A stretch of DNA of 64,000 nucleotides from assembly GCF_009914755.1 (NCBI RefSeq), contig NC_060925.1. One strand, written 5' to 3'. Within the stretch, counting starts at the first letter, position 1, and every line of letters begins with the position of its first letter. This DNA is from the human T2T-CHM13v2.0 reference genome, Homo sapiens. The notes under the pieces were generated by a model. It saw nothing but the letters and a program-made list of their open reading frames with translations, ran no database searches and had not been told where the DNA came from. Position numbers and translations under genes: made by a program. Below, piece after piece: positions 54,385 to 64,000 of the stretch.

Positions 54385-54870
54385 CCAGGAATGAAGAGGA
54401 ATGGAGTAAGAAAAGGGGAAAGAGAAAACTCGGGGAAACGACAGAGAAAGGGGAGCTGGGAATAAGCAGAGCAGAGGCCAGAGGTGAAGCAAAAGGGCAG
54501 GAGAAGCAAGGAACTGAAGACTCCGAGGAGGGACAAAGGCTAAGGGTGCCCCAGGGAGAAGGGCATCGGAGACAGGATCTGAGAAAGGAAACAAAGGAGA
54601 GAGATCGGGGTGGGGGACGGCCAAAAAATGGTCTAGAGAGGAAGGAAGAAGGAAAAGTCCAGAAGGAAAAACAGCCAGAGAAAGAAGAGAGAGAGGAGAG
54701 AAGATAAACAGAGCAAGACGAGGCCAGGCGGGAAGAGATGCAGCCAAGAGCAGCACCGAAGAGGAGAAGCAGAGGCCAGAGGGTGAGAAGATGGGAGAGG
54801 AAATGGGAGCAAAGGAGATGGAGAGGAGAGGGCAAGCAGAAGAGGCAGAACCCGGGGAGGGAGCCACAGA
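54385..54870 (+). repeat. GA-rich low-complexity purine tract
   Basis: Strong A/G bias over ~480 bp. Confidence 0.75.
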
Positions 54871-55689
54871 AGAGGCACGCATGGCTGGTTTAATGAGCCA
54901 CTCTTCTTTCCCACTCCCCAGGAGAGGCTGCTGCTAATTATGCCTTCATCCTCCTGGGCAGGAGGAGGTCAGGATGTCTGAAGAAATGCCCTCCCCCAGC
55001 AGAAGGGCTGGGGGAGGTGGCGTGAAGGGAGGATGGGCTGGGGCAGGGGCAAGTAGGAGTGCTGAGCTGGCAGGACAGCAGATGGGACCCCTGCCCTGGT
55101 TCCTGCAGGCCTCTCTCCCTGCCAGTCCTGGTGGGGTGGTGGGAGGGGGCACACCTATTTGACTTGGCACTCTGGCACTGCCTTCCTCTTGACTAAGTCA
55201 TAAGAAGGCCAAAGGCTGAGTGAGAAGCAGAGAAGGAGCTGCAGGCTGGGGTTTCTACTCCCCAGCACCTCCATGGGGCCTTTTTCTTTGCCCTGTATTT
55301 CTGTCTGGTACTGATGCTTTGCCCTCTGAATCTCAGAGGCACAGAAAGCACACCAGGGGTAGGTGGAATTCCAGCCTCTGGCCGGTGTGGCTTCTTCCCT
55401 CTTCCTGTCCTGCCAGGTAATGTATAGAAGCTAGGTCTAGTATATCTTCACTGTAGACTTGCTTATCTGGGCTCACTGACTGGACATCCTCTAGGCCCCG
55501 TGGAGGACCCACCACTGTTAACCTAATGAGAACATGCAGGAGATGGGGACAGCATACTTAGAGAAATACAAGGGAATGGGACGCTATGTGGAAAAGTGGA
55601 AACAACATGGTTTTGAAGGGAGACATACTTGGTTATCATCCCAGCTATATCACTTACTAGGTCTTGGGCAAATGTCCAAGCATCAGTTG

Positions 55690-55917
55690 CTTTATTAGCT
55701 AACCAAGTGCCAGATACCCTTAAAAGTGATATATTACTTTATGTGATCTTCCCAATGATCCTATGAGGTAGATATTTTATCATCCCCATTTTACAGAACA
55801 GGAATCGGAGTCACAGAGAAGTAACTTGTCCAGTCTCACAGCTAAGATGTGACAGAGCAGCTGGGATTGGAGTCAGACAGTCTGGCCTGGAGACTATGCT
55901 CCTAATCTCCATGCTCC
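55690..55917 (-). mobile_element. MIR SINE
   Basis: CCTATGAGGTAGATATTTTATCATCCCCATTTTACAGA...AAGTAACTTGTCCAGTCTCACAGCTAAG. Confidence 0.85.
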
Positions 55918-55922
55918 AAAGC

Positions 55923-56781
55923 TGAATGAAAAAAAGCAAACTGTTTTTCCTCTGCTCTGCACCCCCCCACCCCCTACAACAGTCAACACAGAAGACTTCT
56001 GTGACCAAATGTGTGGGGTTTTCCCTGCACTTCCAGCAAGCAATCAGTCTTCCAGTAAGCAAGCAATCCTTTAGCAGACTTGGGCTGGGTGTCCTTCAAT
56101 TCAACTCTGACACTATCTACCTGGAGATAGCATCAGATCCCCCAGGTTGAGGGCTCAGTCCCACAAGACTGTCCCCCACTTCCAATATCAATCGCAAGCC
56201 CCGCATTGTTTTACCTGCGCTTCTGACTGGCTGGCTACAAATTGGGGTTCCCAAGACCCCATCCTGAGGTTTTATTCCTTTTCTCTAGTGGCTCAAAGAG
56301 GTAGGAAACACATTTACTGGTTTTTTATAAAAGGATAGTAGAAAGGATATAGATAAAGAGAGGCACAGAGCAAGGCACGTGGGAAGGAATGTGGAGCTTC
56401 CATGCCTTCTCTGGGCGTGCTACCCTCCAGGAACCTCCCTGTGTTCAGCTACCTGGAAGATCTCGGAATCCTGTCCTTTTGGGGTTTATGAAGGCTTCAT
56501 TACATAGGCATGATTAATGAAACCATTGGTCACTGGTGATCAACTTAACCTTCAGCCCCTCTTCCCTCCCTAGAGGTTGGGGTATGGAGCTGAAGGTTTC
56601 AACCCTCTAATCCTGCCTTGGTTTGTCTGGTGAACACCTCTCATACTGAAGCCACCAAGGGGCTGCCAGCCACCAGTCAATTCATTAGCATACAGAAAGA
56701 CACTTATCGCTTGGGAGATTCCAAGGACTTTAGGAGTATATGCCAAGAGCCAGGACCAAATATGTATTTCACAATATCACA
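55923..56781 (-). mobile_element. MER21-like (MER21B) ERVL solo LTR
   Basis: Ends TCACAATATCACA (reverse complement TGTGATATTGTGA). Internal CTGACACTATCTACCTGGAGATAGCATCAGATCCC..GGTTGAGGGCTCAGTCCCACAAGACTG. Flanks AAAGC/AAAGT are a possible TSD. Confidence 0.85.
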
Positions 56782-58430
56782 AAAGTCTTTCTCAGAAATG
56801 AGGATAATACACAGGTGTGTGGGGAAAATTAGATCAGCTGAAAGCACTTGGCGCATAGTAGGTCCTCAATATGTTTGTGTTGTCTCAGAGCAAAGCAGTA
56901 GATGTTAAATTGCCTTGTGAGTAGCATAGCCAGGAAGCTCCCAGCAACAAATTACTTCTTATTAGGGTGCTTGGAAAAGGATTGACCTTCAGGAAGAATT
57001 AATAGGATTTCAGTCTTAGGGATAGTGCAGGGGCAGCCCCAGGGAAGGAATGATAGAGACCACTTCAAAAAAGACCCACGCTCCCACCTCCCCATTATAC
57101 TTCCCTGCAGGTTTTAATAATGCTATTTCTCATCACCTCCCTACACAACTCCTCCTCCGCTCTCCCACCCTACCATGTCCCTGAGGTAGGGTCTGCTCAT
57201 TCCTGCCCCCAGGCTTGGAACATGCCACTGTCTCTGCCGGAATGCCGTCTCGCTCCACAACTAACCTTGACCTTCATCTTCTGCCAAAGCAGCTGCAGTG
57301 GTCTGCAGGAACTAAGACTTTATTAGCCTTGTCTGCCTGCGCAGGGGCTGTTGGGCACCTGGGTCCTCAGGGTGTACCTTTGCATGGTAATTTGCACTAG
57401 TTGGTCTGCCCTTGAATAAACCCTCCCTAATGTTGGGGAGTGTGTAGCTGTGTGATGTGTCCCATCCAGAATGGCTAGAGAAGGGTTAATGCAACTTAAA
57501 TGAAATTTAGGGAGAATTTGGGTTGCTTCTTTCCTCTTTAGTTGTTCCCAAAGCTGGATGCAAATTCTGCTTTTAATTGTAGCAACTAGCTTTTGCAAGG
57601 ATCTCTGGAGTATTCATTCCATTTGCGATGATGTACCAGGCCTTTGCAAGGCATAGGGGCCATAGTTTCCACTGAGGCTGGGAAGCCCAGGAGCATTTTC
57701 CTGGGATGCTTCCACATCTTAGGGGTTTGCTCAGTTGTTATTTTTTCAATTATTTTTTCTATTTTTTTAACTTATGTAACTGAAAACTACATAGCACTTC
57801 TCAGTTTACTAGGGATTTCACAGTCTCTTTATTTAATTTTCACTACAGTCTTGTGAAGTAGGTATTATTATGTCCATTTCATAGGTGCACAAGCTAATAA
57901 CTGAGAGGCTAATTCTCTTGCCCTGGGTCTTGGTAGAACCAGATAAAGTCAGGATGCAGAACTTGACCTTCTCCAGGTATTAGTGTACATTCCACTGCAC
58001 AACACTGTCTGGTGAAAATTCCCCTACCTAGAGGGCTCATATCCCTTTAAGTTGAAATAAATGACCTTTATCTTTGTGGTCATCTGTTCAAACCTTTATT
58101 AAACACATAATTGCATCTGGCTCAGTGTGGATGTAGTATAAAGAGATACGTATGGTCCAGCCCCTGCCTTTGGGGCCTGCAGTCTAAGCCAGAGGCATTG
58201 ACATGGAAAAACCTGTACAGGGCATGTACAGCAGAATGAAAACAATAACCTATCATGAATCAACAGCAAAGTATTTACAAGACTGTGCAAGGCAAGGGTA
58301 AGCGCATTTCAGGCATAAGACAGAAGGAATAACTCTTGCCAAGGTGCCTGGGCAGATCTCCACAGTGCTAGACCACAGAGTGCATCTTCAATAGCTGCCC
58401 TAATTCTCTCTCCCTATTGCTGTAACAAAA

Positions 58431-58433
<3 letters not shown>

Positions 58434-58487
<54 letters not shown>

Positions 58488-58533
58488 CGCGCATGCGCAC
58501 ATGCATGCATGTGCATATATGCACGTATGTATA
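58434..58533. repeat. (TG)23(CG)6 plus mixed alternating purine-pyrimidine tract, 100 bp
   Basis: Direct read shows uninterrupted RY alternation. Confidence 0.95.
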
Positions 58534-58784
58534 ATGCACATAAAATATGTATAATTTTTAAATATTATTCTTCAGGCTGCCAATGTACAATTGGGTTGGT
58601 TAGAAGGTGAATAGTTATGGGAGTCTTATATTTAGATAATGATGGGGAAACTTTTAGCCCTCCTGTAGCAGTATAGTGAAATTTATTCTCCTCCGATGTA
58701 CATCTAGTTTATCTCTTAACACTGAGCCTTTATGAGATGGAATGAGCACCTGTAATATAGGAGAGAGAGAGAGAGAAGCAAATA

Positions 58785-58975
58785 GCAACTCTGAAATCAG
58801 AGAGATACGAACTTTAATCCTAGACCTGCTAATGTTCAGACACAATTGTGACATTGCACAATTTATCTGAGCTTACTGAGTCTCAGTTGCCTCACATGCA
58901 ATTGGGAAAATTATCTCTACCTTGCAGGGCTGTTCAGAGAATTAAGTGAGATAGTATAAGTAAAGCACTCTATAA
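58785..58975 (+). mobile_element. MIR SINE
   Basis: CTGAGTCTCAGTTGCCTCACATGCAATTGGG...CTACCTTGCAGGGCTGTT.AGAGAATTAAGTGAGATAG.ATAAGTAAAGCAC. Confidence 0.8.
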
Positions 58976-60436
58976 CCTGATGGCTTAATGTATTTTTGTT
59001 AAATTTTTAATTTTATATTTTTAGTAGGTAATGTACATAGTACAAAATATAAAAACTACAAGAAAAATAGTGAAAATAACTCTCTCCCATCATTATCTTC
59101 TAGCTACCATTTCTCTTAACCTTAAGTATTTTGGTCCTTACAAAATCCCTGTGTATAAGGCAGGTCAGGGTTTTTGATTTTTATTTCTCAGGTATGGAAA
59201 TTGAAGCCCAGAGAGATTAAATGGTTACCTGAAGTTACCCACATGAAAGTGGTGGGACTAGAACCCACATCTTCCTGTTAGTACCCCAGCTTGTTGTATT
59301 TCATGTTTCACACTAGAAGATGTGGTCAGAGATGGACCCCAGGCTGCTGAATTTTGTGACTTTGGGACCATAAACTCTTTTGAGAATCTTATGGAAGTTA
59401 TGGATCCTTTCTTTCTCACCCTCACATACACATGCCATTCAGACTTGCATATATTTTAGATGGTTTCTCAAACACTAGAATTTCAAAAGTCTAAACCATC
59501 CCAATACCTTTATATCATCACCAGGGTTTTAGCTCTATAGGACTTCTCTGGAGAGCAGTGGAGTGTGCTCAGTGACCTGCAAACCGAACCTGCTCCCCAG
59601 GGAGCCCAAAGTTCTGGAGTCAGAAGATCTGGGTTCTACTCCAGGCCGTCGCATATCTTAGCTTTGTGACCTTGAGTGAGTCCTTCAATTTCTCTGACCT
59701 TAATTTTCTTTGTCTGTTAAATGGGGTTGGTATTCTCTGTCCCCAGGAGCTGTGAACTAACATTTATAAAGTCATTTTGCAAATTGTGAAATTACAAACA
59801 AATCTAATATATTATTTCTCCCTGCTAGGCCTGGAGCAGGTGAGAAAACCAGAAAGAAGTAGTCTCATACCTGGAATTTCATCCAGTAGCTGGAGTACCT
59901 GTCCTATGTGGTAGAGGCTGTCCAGCCATGCACCCCCTCTCTGGATTTGGTACCCAGAGTCAAGATCCCCAGGAGTAGGTGTGAGTGCTGACTCATGTTG
60001 CACTGAACATCCCATCATCAAATCCCAGCTCCATCTGCTCATCCTGGTCCAAAGTGGACGAGAATCCCATTGTTAAGACATGTCTCATTAAGACTTCTCT
60101 AAGATGGAGCCAGCAAACAGCCCAGTAGCATCGAGGCTGCTGCCTGGGAAAGAGTCCCCTCCTCTCCCCTGTTCATTAATGATTATGGGAGGTTTTATTC
60201 CCCCCAACAAAAGTGTTAATTAGACATCATCGGAACAGGGATATTACACAAATGAATTAAACTCAAACCAATCAACAAGCTGGCTCTGTGCTTCAGGTCC
60301 CCCGAACGAAAAGGGAATTGAAGGCTGTAATGGGAAACAAACGGTAAGATGTCTTTCCTAATATCAAATAATAACTAGGAAGGCTGCCTTTGCTTCTAGA
60401 ACTTGTCTTCTTATTCTTTTCTTTCTCCCCTCCACT

Positions 60437-60482
60437 ACACACACACACGCGCGCGCACACACACACATGCACACACACGCAC
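60437..60482. repeat. (CA)n(CG)n alternating tract
   Basis: Direct read. Confidence 0.9.
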
Positions 60483-60914
60483 TGCCATGAGGCTTGGAGA
60501 GTTAGGGTTCCATTCTTGTGACTGAAACTGAAACTGGCTGGGACTGCCCAGTGGTACTTCTCAGGTGCCCTCTAGGCTCAGGGGCCAAGTGGGATGGAAG
60601 GAGTCAGAAGAGCCCAGTTCCAGTCCCTCTCTGTCACTCACCACCTTCCTCATCAGAGAATAGTGTGTGTAATGCTCAGGAGTTCACAGGGATGCAGTAG
60701 GTACTCAATACTTACCTGCTGTGTCCAAATGGCTGGGCGACTTCTGGAAGCATTCTGTGCCCTGGCAGCAAATTCCTGAGGCTGATTGACCCCTGTGGGG
60801 AGAGTGGGAAGAACTGGAGGGAAAAGAGTTTTAGTCCTTGTATTTTGAGGGATCCCAGTTGCTTGGAGGGATAGATAAAGAAGATTGAAAAGTCTTCTAA
60901 AAATGGACAGATGA

Positions 60915-61228
60915 AGCCAGTGCAATGGCTCATACCTGTAATCCCAGCACTTTGGGAGGCAGAGGCAGGAGGAGCACTTGACCCCCAAAATTTGAGACTA
61001 GCCTGGGCAACAGGGTTAGAAACCATTTCTACAAAAGAAAAACAATTAGCCTGGTGTGGTGGTGCATACCCTTGGCCCCAGCTACTTGAGAGGCCAAGGT
61101 GGAAGGATTGCTTGAGCCTAGGTGGCTGAGCCTGCGGCTGTGATCACACAACTGCACTCCAGCCTGGGCAACAGAGCCAGATCCTATAAATGAGAAAAAG
61201 AAAAGAAAAGAAAAAAAAAACAAACAAA
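60915..61228 (+). mobile_element. AluJ-type element
   Basis: CCTGGGCAAC, GGATTGCTTGAGCC and GCTGTGATCACA J-type diagnostics. Confidence 0.9.
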
Positions 61229-61873
61229 CACACTTGCAAATGAGAACAAGATAGGACAAAATTAAGTATTAAGAATTTAATGTATGATGGGAACTGGGGA
61301 CTGGTGTCCATGGGGGAAACTAGATCAGGGTTGAGAAGTCAGGGGCAGGGATTCTCATGGCTTCCACAGGGCTGGGAGATGGCTGGAGAGGATAAGGAGG
61401 AGCTGGGCCTGTCTGGCTGAAGCAGGAAGTTCAGGCTTGGGAGCAGGGAGATGAGGTTGGGGTAATGAGAGGCTGGCTGTGTGTTGACTCCCTGAAGGCA
61501 GGGCTGACTTTCCTCTAGCGTCTCAATCTCAGGAACATAGTAGGTGCTTGAATGCCTGTATGAAGTTGGCTTCTGTGCAAATAAATGGGCTGTAAGGGAA
61601 CTTGTCTCTGGAATTAGTAGGAGTCAGAAGGCAACTGAAGGCAGAATTTAAAAACTATTTTTCTTGGGAACAGGATGCAGAGGGTGGAAGTGTGGAAAAG
61701 GAAGTCCATTCAAAGGTCTCCCTGCAGGTCTGAGAAGAGATGAGCTCTGGATATCCCTTCCTTTAACTCCAGGTGTGTCCCAGGCGTAAGAACCGCCCCC
61801 CACCTCCCACCTTTCACTGCTTGTCCCCAGCCTCCTTATAAATCATTCCCAGCCTGTGATGGGGAATCCCCAC

Positions 61874-62484
<611 letters not shown>

Positions 62485-62811
62485 CCGACTCACATTTGAG
62501 AGTACCCCCACCACTATCCCCATGCCTCACCTTTAAAGGAAACATCGGGGCTTTCCATGAGTGGCTGCCTTCCCTTTCGAGGAGCACCTTGCAGTTCTGG
62601 GCTGGATGGTGACTTTTTGGCATCAGTGCTCCACAGTGCCTTCTCTTCCTTGCTTTGTAGCTCATTTTATTGCTCCTCATGCTCCCACTGCCCCAATCAG
62701 GTTGTTTGATCCTTGTCTCAAAGCCTACTGCTGCAGAGAGTCCTCTTTCTTGTTTCGCCCTTGACTACATATCATGGAGCTAACATTTCAAAGATAGAAA
62801 ATGAAGTTTTC

Positions 62812-63408
<597 letters not shown>

Positions 63409-63639
63409 AGAAAATGAAATTTTTCTTTATCCTTCTCCTCTTTGATTTTAGATGCCTCAGTTTCCCATAGATTCCCCTTTCCCAATTTTCATTCCATTTT
63501 ATATCCAAGTACTTGGCATTCTTTATATCTCTGAAACCCAAGCTTCAATAGGATTCTGAGCATGACCAAAATGGAAGGGTGTTGTTTTCTAGTCTCTGTT
63601 ATCCAGTTACCTGGACCTTTTACTTTGTAATGTGACTTA

Positions 63640-63810
63640 GTGAAAGTGTGTATTAGGAGTCAGATGTGGGTTCAAGTTCAGAATCTCCTCTCGCCAGCTG
63701 TGAGACCTTAAGAAAGATATGAAACTGAGATTCAGCTTCCTAGGACTGAGTTTTTTGTGGCTGAAGAAGTTAAATGAATATAAAAGTGATTTTTGAATTG
63801 TAAGCTGTTC
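63640..63810 (+). mobile_element. MIR SINE
   Basis: AGGAGTCAGATGTGGGTTCAAGTTCAG...CCAGCTGTGAGACCTT...TTAAATGAATATAAAAGTG. Confidence 0.6.
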
Positions 63811-64000
63811 ATAAAACATAAGGGATTGTTATTTCTTGCTAATTCCATCTTAGCGCAGTTACTTAGGCAATAGGGGTTGAGGGACGGGAGACCCTGGTGA
63901 TCCACAACTTCGGTAGCTAGGGTAGACATATTTTTGGATAATGTGGGGCCGTCTAGTTATTACTGAAAAATCACACGTTTATTTCTCATGCTACCAGATA

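Noticed and set aside
53994-54914. Overlapping 158-186 aa ORFs on both strands
   Set aside because: Artefact of the GA-rich low-complexity tract (E/K/R-rich on one strand, S/L/F/P-rich on the other).

Overview
Human/primate genomic DNA (Alu, L2, MIR, MaLR and MER repeats, and one large CpG island). It contains the promoter and first coding exon of KIRREL1 (NEPH1) on the + strand. ATG is at 22771, the exon encodes the signal peptide MLSLLVWILTLSDTFSQ/G, and the donor AG|GTAAGG is at 22822/22823. About 22 kb of upstream sequence and about 41 kb of intron 1 fill the rest; exon 2 is not in the window. No other credible protein-coding gene is present, and the other ORFs are repeat-derived or low-complexity. 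I found no novel multi-gene system. The best-supported unusual structure is a small Alu-Alu-mediated inversion at ~7.1-7.6 kb, shown by an inverted target-site duplication and a split, flipped MLT1 LTR. Other notable items are a (GGAA)18 microsatellite upstream of KIRREL1, paired RFX X-boxes in intron 1, candidate upstream spliced non-coding exons, TEAD/AP-1/MEF2/POU motif clusters, Z-DNA and G4 tracts, and nested transposons. Repeat subfamily names come from recalled consensus sequences, and repeat boundaries are approximate.
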